From positions 1 to 45,578 of IMG/VR virus record IMGVR_UViG_3300021411_000003: a DNA stretch of 45,578 nt; one strand, 5' to 3'. Below, in pieces: positions 1 through 8,650 of the stretch; within the stretch, counting starts at the first letter, position 1, and every line of letters begins with the position of its first letter. The notes beneath the pieces are model-generated. The model saw only the letters and a list, made by a program, of their open reading frames with translations, had not been told where the DNA came from and searched no databases. The DNA is from a virus (lineage: Duplodnaviria; Caudoviricetes). The position numbers were made by a program, and so were the translations under genes.

Positions 1-127
1 GATTTAAAATGTCTGAAGTTGACAGAAGTGCAGTTCGTGATACTCTAATTGTATTACAAGATGCTAAGACTACAGGTAATGGTAAAGCTCTAGCCGTTCC
101 CGGATTTACACACCACGTATTCTATAT
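1..127 (+). repeat. Terminal direct repeat (copy 1), identical to 45452-45578; indicates circular closure
   Basis: Exact 127-nt match between both ends; it cuts through ORF 9..377; 127 is a common assembler k-mer. Confidence 0.95.
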
Positions 128-377
128 TAGAGGCAATGGTGTAATTGGTGCCGGTGCCATCACAATAGAAACGGCTGAAAATGTAGATTATGCTGGTACA
201 TGGGCAGCACTTCCAAGTTATACTGATCCAACTTTGAATGTAAATCCTATTACAGTTGTATCAAGTGCTTTGAAAATATATTCTTATATTGGTAAACTTG
301 GAGCCGTTCGTGCGCGAATTAGTACTACAGTTACTACAACTACAGTTACAGTTACTTATAAAGGTGGTAATAGTTAA
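9..377 (+). CDS. Hypothetical protein, possibly virion-associated (beta-rich)
   Basis: 122-aa ORF with GAGG SD (seen at 45449-45452 across the junction); T/V/G-rich. Confidence 0.6.
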   Translation: MSEVDRSAVRDTLIVLQDAKTTGNGKALAVPGFTHHVFYIRGNGVIGAGAITIETAENVDYAGTWAALPSYTDPTLNVNPITVVSSALKIYSYIGKLGAVRARISTTVTTTTVTVTYKGGNS

Positions 378-440
378 TTCGAGTGTGGAAGGTCTGTGGA
401 AGAAGATGATTACATAAGCTGATGATTACAGACATACAAA

Positions 441-1055
441 ATGGCAGATGATAATACATCACCAAGTGCTACTATATTAGAGAGAATATTTGGGAGAACT
501 CCATCTGATCCAGAGTTCGATAAGAGAATGTCAGCCGCTAAAGCTAAGATGCAGACTGAAATGCCAAATGAAATGTCAGCGGCTTCTATTGAACCAACTG
601 GATTCTTTGGTGGAATGAAAGATGCTTTGGTTAAGAAGGCTATTGGCGGAACTCCTGTAGCAACAACTGGTCCCTTTGGTGGTATTACATATAATAAAGA
701 ATTGTTAGCAGGAATGAGTCAGCCTGAACTAGAAGATACATTGGCTCATGAGTTAACACACGTTAAACAATATTCTGGTGGTCAGCCGCAAATTAGTACT
801 GGACGTGGGCTGATGAATGTAATGAATAATATTATGCCAAAGCAAGATGAAGGATTGCCACAAGAGACTAAGAACTTCTATAGCTCTAGAGGATATGATC
901 CATCATACAGAGGATCTTCTAATGAGATGGAAGCATATCAAGCTGAAGATCAGCGTAGAATGTCTCGTGGAGATATTATGAGACCAGGAGAAGATATACA
1001 ACTCTTTTCTCCTAAGAAGAAAGCTATTAATACGGCTCCATCAAGTGTGAAATAA
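441..1055 (+). CDS. Zincin-like metallopeptidase-domain protein (HExxH, DUF4157-like)
   Basis: LAHELTHVKQ motif and a downstream NEMEAY third-ligand-like Glu. Confidence 0.65.
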   Translation: MADDNTSPSATILERIFGRTPSDPEFDKRMSAAKAKMQTEMPNEMSAASIEPTGFFGGMKDALVKKAIGGTPVATTGPFGGITYNKELLAGMSQPELEDTLAHELTHVKQYSGGQPQISTGRGLMNVMNNIMPKQDEGLPQETKNFYSSRGYDPSYRGSSNEMEAYQAEDQRRMSRGDIMRPGEDIQLFSPKKKAINTAPSSVK

Positions 1056-1056
1056 T

Positions 1057-1200
1057 ATGGCATTCAATCTCTTTAAGAAGAAATCTAAGCCTGGTAAAGA
1101 TGATAAATCTAGTAAATCAAATAGATTTAAGTCTAGTAAAAAGAGTATTGATACTAAGCCATCTAAGAAAATAATGTCTAAGTATGGAATGGAAGAATAA
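1057..1200 (+). CDS. Small lysine/serine-rich basic protein (47 aa, not in ORF track)
   Basis: MAFNLFKKKSKPGKDDKSSKSNRFKSSKKSIDTKPSKKIMSKYGMEE; fills the gap between flanking genes exactly. Confidence 0.6.
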   Translation: MAFNLFKKKSKPGKDDKSSKSNRFKSSKKSIDTKPSKKIMSKYGMEE

Positions 1201-1206
1201 TTATTT

Positions 1207-2154
1207 ATGTCACAGCTACCAGCACTCAAAGTTGACGGAATTAGAGTAGTAGAGAAAGACTCTGGCAAGAGAGTTCACTTAGTTGGCTTAAGTGAATTTG
1301 CTATGTTCAAGAGATACCTAATGCCAGGCGGACCAGCGGCTTATGTAGCACCAGTATTAGTTGAGCGTAAGAAGTTAGCAGAAAGTATGGGTTGGAAAGG
1401 TCCAATCTTCATACGAGTCTTTAGACATGCTAGAGCTTCAAATGTATTTGGTATCACTGATCCTTGGTCATATGCTGATTCTGTTACTGGTCACTTTGAT
1501 AAGCTAACTGAATTCTGTAATTTCTGTGGAGATTATGGATTCTATGTTGACCTAACGGCTGGTGATTTTCAGGATTGTTTTCCAAATCCTGTAGGACCTA
1601 AAGGACAACAGCAGCATGTTAATGAGACTATTGCTGCACTTGTTCAATGTCCCAATGCCATTTTTCAATTGTCTAATGAACCATTTCAGAATGGTTGTAT
1701 AGTTCATCCAAAGAATACACCTCCCACTGCTGGTCAACCAAATTCCTGGGGAGATACGTTAAAAGACTCAGGATACTATGCCAACACAGTTGATTGGGAT
1801 CATTCAATGGATTTGCAATTGTTGTGTGATCATACAGAACGTGGTGATGTTAATAATGTAATACCAAAGTTCATATATGATATGCCAGTAGCGGCTAGTT
1901 ATATGTTAGAACTTGGTAAGCCTGTTAAACTAGAAGAGCCTATTGGTGCTGATGAGAATATAATTCCTGGTAGGAGAACTAATAGAGCTAATTTATTTAA
2001 GCAGATGGGTGAAGTTGCATCGTATGGAGTTGGAGTTTATTTCCACTCAACTCTTGGATTAAGCTCAGATGGCTTTTCAGTTGCTCCAAGAACTCAAGAA
2101 TGTTTTGAGAATTTCTTTGCTGGAGTAGCTGGAGTAGTTAAACCAGGAGTCTAA
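1207..2154 (+). CDS. Putative clan GH-A (GH5-like TIM barrel) glycoside hydrolase
   Basis: GH5-like N-terminus (LKVDG..VV...GKRVHLVG), IRVF strand, NEP acid/base motif (LSNEPF), candidate nucleophile GKPVKLEEP, YFH near the C-terminus. Confidence 0.55.
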   Translation: MSQLPALKVDGIRVVEKDSGKRVHLVGLSEFAMFKRYLMPGGPAAYVAPVLVERKKLAESMGWKGPIFIRVFRHARASNVFGITDPWSYADSVTGHFDKLTEFCNFCGDYGFYVDLTAGDFQDCFPNPVGPKGQQQHVNETIAALVQCPNAIFQLSNEPFQNGCIVHPKNTPPTAGQPNSWGDTLKDSGYYANTVDWDHSMDLQLLCDHTERGDVNNVIPKFIYDMPVAASYMLELGKPVKLEEPIGADENIIPGRRTNRANLFKQMGEVASYGVGVYFHSTLGLSSDGFSVAPRTQECFENFFAGVAGVVKPGV

Positions 2155-2630
2155 TGGACGTCACAACTATTGGTGCTATTGTAGCTGGAGTGTTAGCAAT
2201 ATTAGCCGTTCTTATCCCTGGTATTATATCTATTATAAAAGAGTTGAAGCAGAATACTATTATCACTAAAGATAATACAGCTATCACAGTAGCTGGTCAG
2301 GTAGCAGGAGCGGCTCGTGGTGTTGTAAGAGATAAGAGGATTCAAGAGATTCACATTCTTACAAATGGTCGTCTTACTGCTGCATTGAAATTAATTATGG
2401 TAATGTCCAAGAAAGAGTGGACAAGGACAGGAACTCAAGAAGATAAAGATATATATGATGCTGCTCAGCTAGAAGTATCAAAATCAGAAGATGCTATAGT
2501 TAGAGTTAGTGCTGAAGATGAAGATGATGAATCTCTAATTGCAGCTAGAGCAGCAGAGAAAAAACTTGCTCTACTTACAAATAAGGTAATTGAAGATAAT
2601 GGTATTCCACCAATTCCAATTGTTCACTAG
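2154..2630 (+). CDS. Membrane-anchored protein (holin/spanin-like candidate)
   Basis: Single N-terminal TM helix followed by a helical soluble domain; TAATG-coupled to the hydrolase. Confidence 0.45.
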   Translation: MDVTTIGAIVAGVLAILAVLIPGIISIIKELKQNTIITKDNTAITVAGQVAGAARGVVRDKRIQEIHILTNGRLTAALKLIMVMSKKEWTRTGTQEDKDIYDAAQLEVSKSEDAIVRVSAEDEDDESLIAARAAEKKLALLTNKVIEDNGIPPIPIVH

Positions 2631-2638
2631 GAGATGAG

Positions 2639-3067
2639 ATGAAGAAATTAATCCTTGTTACTTCGTTCGTGTTAGTTGCAAGCATAGTGCAGGCTCAGGC
2701 TGCAGTTGTTAGTATTAAAATTCAATTTTTGCAGAATGGTGCTGTTCTGCCTACACAAGTAATGACTATTCCACTCCCATCTGGTGCTACGTGTGGCCAG
2801 CCTAAGCCTATTGTACCAGCTTCCGTATTTATTAATACTACTGGTAGAGTAGTGTGGGAAGACCCAACTAATTCAATATTAGCTTGTATATCTATTCAAA
2901 CAGGTGGAGTACTGTTTTCACTTCCTCTTGGGAATAACTATACTGCTACTGCTGCATTCATTGATGATATCGGTGTATCGTCAGCAGCTAGTTTACCTAG
3001 TAATTCTTTTACTCGGGGAGTTCGCCCACTCCCACCTGTTCCAACGGGCGTGCTGGTACTTCAGTAA
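2639..3067 (+). CDS. Secreted beta-sandwich protein with signal peptide; candidate -1 frameshift isoform ending at 3126
   Basis: MKKLILVTSFVLVASIVQAQA signal peptide; AGGAG SD; U-rich site plus pseudoknot at 3004-3050. Confidence 0.7.
   Translation: MKKLILVTSFVLVASIVQAQAAVVSIKIQFLQNGAVLPTQVMTIPLPSGATCGQPKPIVPASVFINTTGRVVWEDPTNSILACISIQTGGVLFSLPLGNNYTATAAFIDDIGVSSAASLPSNSFTRGVRPLPPVPTGVLVLQ
3004..3050 (+). other. Candidate -1 programmed ribosomal frameshift signal (T_TCT_TTT, 5-nt spacer, H-type pseudoknot)
   Basis: Stem 1 GGGAGT(3016-21)/ACTCCC(3028-33); stem 2 CGCCC(3023-27)/GGGCG(3046-50); -1 frame open to TAA at 3124-26. Confidence 0.6.
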
Positions 3068-3144
3068 CTATTACATTTACAGATGGCAACAAGGCTACAA
3101 GATTAGCTATTATTTGCCCAAGGTAAGAGATTATAGGAGATGAG

Positions 3145-3516
3145 ATGAAATATTTTAGTCTGTTGTTTGTAGCTTTAACACTTATCAGTTCTAGTTGTGC
3201 ATCTGCACCATCGTCACTTACCCCAGTTGGAGTAGAAGCTTTTAATAAGACACGAGTTATTAAAGGTTTGGATGTGTTGAGAGATACAGCCGTTGATGCT
3301 AATAAGACTGTTCCACCACTTATTAGTACAGACACAACTCGTAAGGTTGTGACATATCATCGCTCTGCTCTACTTGTAATTAACACATCTGGAGTCAAGG
3401 CAATTACATTGGTTTCATTGGATGAATTGGTTAAAGACTTGCCAAAGACTGAGGCTGATTTGCTGGCTCCATATATTGCATTGACCAAGGTTATTATTAA
3501 TGAGGTGACTAAGTGA
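3145..3516 (+). CDS. Lipoprotein (possible lysis/spanin-like component)
   Basis: Hydrophobic signal followed by lipobox-like SSC; AGGAG SD. Confidence 0.6.
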   Translation: MKYFSLLFVALTLISSSCASAPSSLTPVGVEAFNKTRVIKGLDVLRDTAVDANKTVPPLISTDTTRKVVTYHRSALLVINTSGVKAITLVSLDELVKDLPKTEADLLAPYIALTKVIINEVTK

Positions 3517-3704
3517 ATCCATTACTATTGGTTGCAATCCAAGAAGTTCCAGCTATCATTGAATGGCTGAAATCTGCGTTTAAGAAAGCTAATCCAAATG
3601 AAGTAGAACCAACAGATGATGAAGTGATTACTGCATACATATCTGCTTTTGAATCTTCATTGGCAAAAGATGATTTGTGGTTAGCCGCTCACCCAGTTGA
3701 ATAA
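3513..3704 (+). CDS. Small hypothetical protein
   Basis: 63-aa ORF, GTG start overlapping the upstream stop, GAGGTG SD. Confidence 0.6.
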   Translation: MNPLLLVAIQEVPAIIEWLKSAFKKANPNEVEPTDDEVITAYISAFESSLAKDDLWLAAHPVE

Positions 3705-3716
3705 AGGATTAATGAA

Positions 3717-3935
3717 ATGAAAACGGCTACAGTTACAATCACAGGAAAAATAGGACCGGGAAATACAGTTACATCTCTAGTTCTATCTGGTGTTACTGGT
3801 ATTGATTTTCAAATCAAGAATAATGTTATTGCCATATCAATTGATGATAAGGTTAGATTCTTTGATTATGATGATACAGCAACAGTCACCTACACAATTA
3901 GTGGTGATGCAGCTACAATTACTATATCTACGTAG
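3717..3935 (+). CDS. Small beta-rich hypothetical protein
   Basis: 72-aa ORF in the operon. Confidence 0.6.
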   Translation: MKTATVTITGKIGPGNTVTSLVLSGVTGIDFQIKNNVIAISIDDKVRFFDYDDTATVTYTISGDAATITIST

Positions 3936-3937
3936 TT

Positions 3938-4201
3938 ATGGAAGCACAAGAATACACACAAGCATTTGAATCTAAAGTTACATTATTTACTAGGCTAAAG
4001 TGGAGATTATTTCCATCTGCACCTAAGCCATTAAATGAAAAAGATAAGAGAACATATATTACAACTAATATTTGGATTAGTGTTGATTGGGCTGATAGGA
4101 TTCGTTTGCTTATTCTTGGTAGAGCTAAACTTCAAGTCATCACATATACAGATATAGAAGTTAAAGAAGCTGATTCCATATCAATTTTTTCAGTTGAATA
4201 A
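3938..4201 (+). CDS. Hypothetical protein
   Basis: 87-aa ORF abutting terminase. Confidence 0.55.
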   Translation: MEAQEYTQAFESKVTLFTRLKWRLFPSAPKPLNEKDKRTYITTNIWISVDWADRIRLLILGRAKLQVITYTDIEVKEADSISIFSVE

Positions 4202-5878
4202 ATGAGCTTTGACAAAGATGAATGGCATCCAAATCCCAAACAAGAGGAATTTCTTGCCATTCCAACTACTATCAAAGAAGGCTTCTATGGTGGTGGAGCT
4301 GGTTCAGGTAAGACAGATATATTATTAATTTATGGTGTTGTTCACAAGTGGCATGAACATCCACTCTTTAAACAAGTGTTCATGCGTAGAACTTATAAAG
4401 ATTTAAAGAAAGAAGTAGTTGGACGTTCAAGAGAGTTATATTCTAAGTTTGGAGCAACATACAATGGCACTGATATGGTCTGGACATTTCCTAGAGAGGA
4501 CCAATATGGTGCAGGTATCAGAGGTAATGCAGGCGCTCAAATCTTCTTGGGTCATTGTGAACTTGAAAAGAATGTTCATGACTACGACTCGATGGAGATT
4601 AGCTTATTTACTCCTGACGAGCTTACTAATGCTACTGAGTATATCTATTTATATATTGCTTTTGAACGCAATAGGGCTCCCAAAGGAAGTGGCTTACCTA
4701 GTATCACTCGCGCTGCTGGTATGCCTGGTGGTATTGGGCATGTCTTTGTTAAGAAAAGATTTGTAGACCCATATCCTGCTGGAGGAAAGGTTATTGTTGG
4801 ACGTGGTGGAAATAAAAGAATATATATACATGCCACCCTTGAAGACAACAAAGATCATATTGATCCAACTTATTCTCAAAGCTTAGATGGTAGGCCAGAA
4901 GCAGAACGTAAAGCTAAGAAGTTTGGAGATTGGTCAGCATATCTTGGACAAGTATTTGATGAATTTAGAGATAAGAATTATCCAGATGAGCCAATAAATG
5001 CATTACATGTAATAGAACCATTCCAAATCCCCGAATGGTGGCCAAGGTTTATGGTAGGTGACTGGGGATTTGCGGCTATGTGTTACATTGGTTGGTATGC
5101 AGTATCACCAACTAAAAGGCTTTATCTTTATAGAGAACTTTACTGGTATAAAACAAAGATTAGTGAATGGGCACCAATTGTTAAATCATTTAATGATCAA
5201 GAGAATATCAAATCTGTTAAGTTCTGTCGCTCTGCGGCTCAAGATAGAGGACAAGAACATACGATTCAACAACAACTTGAAGAAGCTCTTGAATGTCCAA
5301 TTGAATTGTCAGCTAATACACCTGGTTCTAGAGTAGCTGGTAAAATGTTAATTCACGAGTATCTCAGATTTAAACCCAAGCCGGTAGTTCCGGTAAATGA
5401 GATGCCAGCATACAGTGAAGAACGAGCATTATGGCTGCTACGTAATAAGGGAATGGATGAATATAAGAATTATTTAAGCTTGTTTGATCCTCCAGAAGAA
5501 GAAGTTAATATACCAAGGCTTCAGATATTTAGATGTAATGATGATAGTAATAATCATGAAGGTCATCCTAATTGTTGTCCTGTAATGATTGATGCAATTA
5601 AAGCATGTAATTATGATACTAAACCTTCAAATGGAAAAGCTGCTGAAGATGTTGCTGAGTTTGAAGGTGATGATCCATATGATGATTTGAGATATGCTTG
5701 TGATACTGCTGACGGTTACGTGAATGAAGCTAGTGAAGAATTTAAGAAAGCTTTGAAGCAAGCCGCTCTAATTGAACAGTTGAAGAATACGCAAGACTGG
5801 ACAGCATTTTATCGTAATGCTCGAACAATAGAAGCGGCTGAAAAGCCTAAAATGATTTCAAGACATCATCGGAGATAG
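4202..5878 (+). CDS. terL: Terminase large subunit
   Basis: PNPKQ Q-motif, Walker A GGGAGSGKT, Walker B FTPDEL, coupling motif AGMPGG, RNase H-like DWGF, C-terminal DDPYDDLRY. Confidence 0.95.
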   Translation: MSFDKDEWHPNPKQEEFLAIPTTIKEGFYGGGAGSGKTDILLIYGVVHKWHEHPLFKQVFMRRTYKDLKKEVVGRSRELYSKFGATYNGTDMVWTFPREDQYGAGIRGNAGAQIFLGHCELEKNVHDYDSMEISLFTPDELTNATEYIYLYIAFERNRAPKGSGLPSITRAAGMPGGIGHVFVKKRFVDPYPAGGKVIVGRGGNKRIYIHATLEDNKDHIDPTYSQSLDGRPEAERKAKKFGDWSAYLGQVFDEFRDKNYPDEPINALHVIEPFQIPEWWPRFMVGDWGFAAMCYIGWYAVSPTKRLYLYRELYWYKTKISEWAPIVKSFNDQENIKSVKFCRSAAQDRGQEHTIQQQLEEALECPIELSANTPGSRVAGKMLIHEYLRFKPKPVVPVNEMPAYSEERALWLLRNKGMDEYKNYLSLFDPPEEEVNIPRLQIFRCNDDSNNHEGHPNCCPVMIDAIKACNYDTKPSNGKAAEDVAEFEGDDPYDDLRYACDTADGYVNEASEEFKKALKQAALIEQLKNTQDWTAFYRNARTIEAAEKPKMISRHHRR

Positions 5879-5879
5879 A

Positions 5880-6251
5880 ATGTTCTTACTTAAATGGTAT
5901 AGAGAATTTATTGAAATTAGATATGAACGTGAAGCTAAAAAGAAAGAGCTTCAGTTCTGTCAGGCTTGTGAAACATTAAAGATGCAATTGGCTATTGCTA
6001 ATGATGAGCGTCGACTTTTAATTAATAAACTAACTGATAAGCCTGAAGCTATTGAGGAAAAACAAAGCTTAGATAATCTTAGACCAATTCAGCCACCTCG
6101 TATGAGTTGGAATGTAAGACGACAACATTTAGAATCTGAATCTAGAGAAGCTGCTAAAAGATTGCATAAGAATAATGAAGCCAATTCTGGTAAAGCATTG
6201 ACAGTTAATGAAATAGAAAAAGAGCTTGGCGTTGAAGAAATAGCTAAGTAA
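5880..6251 (+). CDS. Hypothetical coiled-coil protein between terminase and portal
   Basis: 123-aa ORF, CxxC followed by coiled coil. Confidence 0.6.
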   Translation: MFLLKWYREFIEIRYEREAKKKELQFCQACETLKMQLAIANDERRLLINKLTDKPEAIEEKQSLDNLRPIQPPRMSWNVRRQHLESESREAAKRLHKNNEANSGKALTVNEIEKELGVEEIAK

Positions 6252-8650
6252 TGTCTAAGAATAAGCCAGAATTAACTGACGACATTAAGAAATTATTAAA
6301 GTCTGTTTATGACGATTGTGTCAAAGAAGATACTGCTGTCCGTGAACGTCAAATTCGTCAATGGCGTAGGTTAAAACTTTTATGGGAAGGATTTAATAGA
6401 ATTTGGTTTTCTGAAGTTGCACATGACTGGCGTATTTGGGATGAGACTGAAGATGAAGATAATGATCAGTCTTTCTATGATAAGCCAGTTAATATATTTA
6501 AAGCATATCTTGAGTCAATTATTGCTGCATTATCTGTTACTGTTCCTCCAATCAAATGTTTTCCTGATGATGCAGATAATACTTTAGATTTAGCAACAGC
6601 TAGAGCTGGTGATAAGATTAGTCAGTTAGTCTATAGACATAACAATGCTGGACTAAAATGGTTACACTCATTATTTGTATATGCAACTGAAGGCTTAGTA
6701 GCATTTTATACATATGAAGATTATGATGCAAAGTATGGAACTTACAATGAAGATCAAACTGAAGATGTAGAAGAAGAAACGGAGTCTTTAGCTTGTTCTA
6801 AATGTGGATTTCCAATTGATCAGAATTCAGGAAAAGCTTCTGCTGAATTATTAAATAGAGAAATTGATGAGTTTGGTCCAAGTGATTCTGATGCAGAAAT
6901 GCATGCATTGATTGCACAAGGTAAGGAAATTTGTCCTGCTTGTGCAGAGTTAATGGACCCAGAACTTAAAAAAGAAAAATTTACTACAACTAGAATAGTT
7001 GGAAGTATTAAACAGCCTAAAGGTCGAGTTTGTATTGAATCTTATGGTGGATTGTATGTTAAGATTCCAAATTATTGTAAGACACAAAAAAGTCTGCCAT
7101 ATTTAATCTTTAGTAATGAGTTTGACTACTCAATGGTAGTTGAACGATTTAAGGATTTACATGGGAATAAAGAATTAATTAAAAAACTTAAAGACGGTAA
7201 TAATCCTGGTGGATATGAATGGTATGCTCAATGGGGACGGCTATCTCCACAGTATCAAGGTGAATATCCAGAAAATGTAGTTACTGTAAATGAAGCTTGG
7301 ATTCGTCCAGCTAAGTTTAATATTTTACCAGATAAAGAAGATATTAAGAAGTTAAAAGCTAAGTTTCCAGATGGCGTAAAGGTAACTTATGTTAACGAAG
7401 AATACGCATGTGCAGAGAATCAATGTTTGGATGATTGCTGGACCCTTACTGAAAACCCTCTTAGTGATTATCTTCATTTTGATCCCTTGGGTCAGTCTTT
7501 GGTATCTGTTCAAGATATTACGAATGATATTATTTCATTAGTATTGCAAACCATTGAACATGGTATTGGACAGACATTTGCTGACCCAGCCGTTCTTGAC
7601 TTTAATGCATATGGTCAAACATCAGTATTACCAGGTGGTGTATTTCCGGCTACACCTAAATCTGGTAAGACTCTTAATGATGGATTTCATGAGTTGAGAA
7701 CGGCTACTCTAAGTTCTGAAGTAATGCCATTTAGTAGCTATATTCAATCAATGGGCCAGATGACATCTGGAGCCTTACCATCTATCTTTGGTGGACAGCA
7801 AGAAGGTGCTGGTGGAGATACAGCATCTGGTTATAGCCAATCTAAATCTGGAGCATTACAAAGGTTACAGAATACTTGGAAGCTCTTTACTACCACTTGG
7901 AAAGAAGTATTTGGTAAAGTTATTCCAATGTATATCAATCTCGTTAAGGAATCTGGAGATGAGAGAGATGTCCAGCGTAATATTGATGGCAACTTCATTA
8001 ACGTGATGATACGTAAGGCTGAGCTTGAAGGTAAAATTGGTAAAGTTGAATTAGAAGCTAATGAGAATCTCCCACTTACTTGGACACAGAAGAAAGATTT
8101 GATGATGACGTTGCTTCAGGCAACTAATCCTAAGATTATGGAGATTCTTAATGCACCTGAGAATCTTAGTGTTATTCACGATGCACTTGGATTATCTGAA
8201 TTCTTTATTCCAAATGAAGATGATGTTATTAAACAGTATGATGAGATTAAGCTTCTACTATCTTCTGAACCTATACCAAATCCAGAAGCTCAAGATCCTA
8301 TGGCTATGCAGATGGCAGCAGTTAATGGAATGCCACCTCCACAGCCAGAATTACCATCAGTTGAAATCGATCCAACATTTGATAATCATCCTGTTGAATT
8401 CGAGATTTGTCGTAAATGGATTATAAGTGAAGCTGGTCGTCAAGCTAAGCAAGATAATCCATCAGGATATATGAACGTATTGTTGCATGGAAAAGCACAC
8501 TTCCAGCAAATACAGATGCAACAGATGCAACAGGCTCAAGCTGCTGAACAAGAATCTAGTAAGCAAAAGAATGTTCCTAATACTAAAGCTGATAAAACTA
8601 AAGATGGTCCACCAATAAAGGATGAAGGCAATGTCCCAGCTAATGCTTAA
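6251..8650 (+). CDS. Portal protein (P22-like, with a Zn-ribbon insertion)
   Basis: 799 aa, after terL and before scaffold/capsid; helical; Q-rich C-terminal barrel-like tail; CSKC/CPAC insertion. Confidence 0.8.
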   Translation: MSKNKPELTDDIKKLLKSVYDDCVKEDTAVRERQIRQWRRLKLLWEGFNRIWFSEVAHDWRIWDETEDEDNDQSFYDKPVNIFKAYLESIIAALSVTVPPIKCFPDDADNTLDLATARAGDKISQLVYRHNNAGLKWLHSLFVYATEGLVAFYTYEDYDAKYGTYNEDQTEDVEEETESLACSKCGFPIDQNSGKASAELLNREIDEFGPSDSDAEMHALIAQGKEICPACAELMDPELKKEKFTTTRIVGSIKQPKGRVCIESYGGLYVKIPNYCKTQKSLPYLIFSNEFDYSMVVERFKDLHGNKELIKKLKDGNNPGGYEWYAQWGRLSPQYQGEYPENVVTVNEAWIRPAKFNILPDKEDIKKLKAKFPDGVKVTYVNEEYACAENQCLDDCWTLTENPLSDYLHFDPLGQSLVSVQDITNDIISLVLQTIEHGIGQTFADPAVLDFNAYGQTSVLPGGVFPATPKSGKTLNDGFHELRTATLSSEVMPFSSYIQSMGQMTSGALPSIFGGQQEGAGGDTASGYSQSKSGALQRLQNTWKLFTTTWKEVFGKVIPMYINLVKESGDERDVQRNIDGNFINVMIRKAELEGKIGKVELEANENLPLTWTQKKDLMMTLLQATNPKIMEILNAPENLSVIHDALGLSEFFIPNEDDVIKQYDEIKLLLSSEPIPNPEAQDPMAMQMAAVNGMPPPQPELPSVEIDPTFDNHPVEFEICRKWIISEAGRQAKQDNPSGYMNVLLHGKAHFQQIQMQQMQQAQAAEQESSKQKNVPNTKADKTKDGPPIKDEGNVPANA

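Noticed and set aside
417-432. CTGATGA as a hammerhead ribozyme core (also at 41015-41030 on the - strand)
   Set aside because: No stem II followed by GAAA, and no compatible stems I/III.
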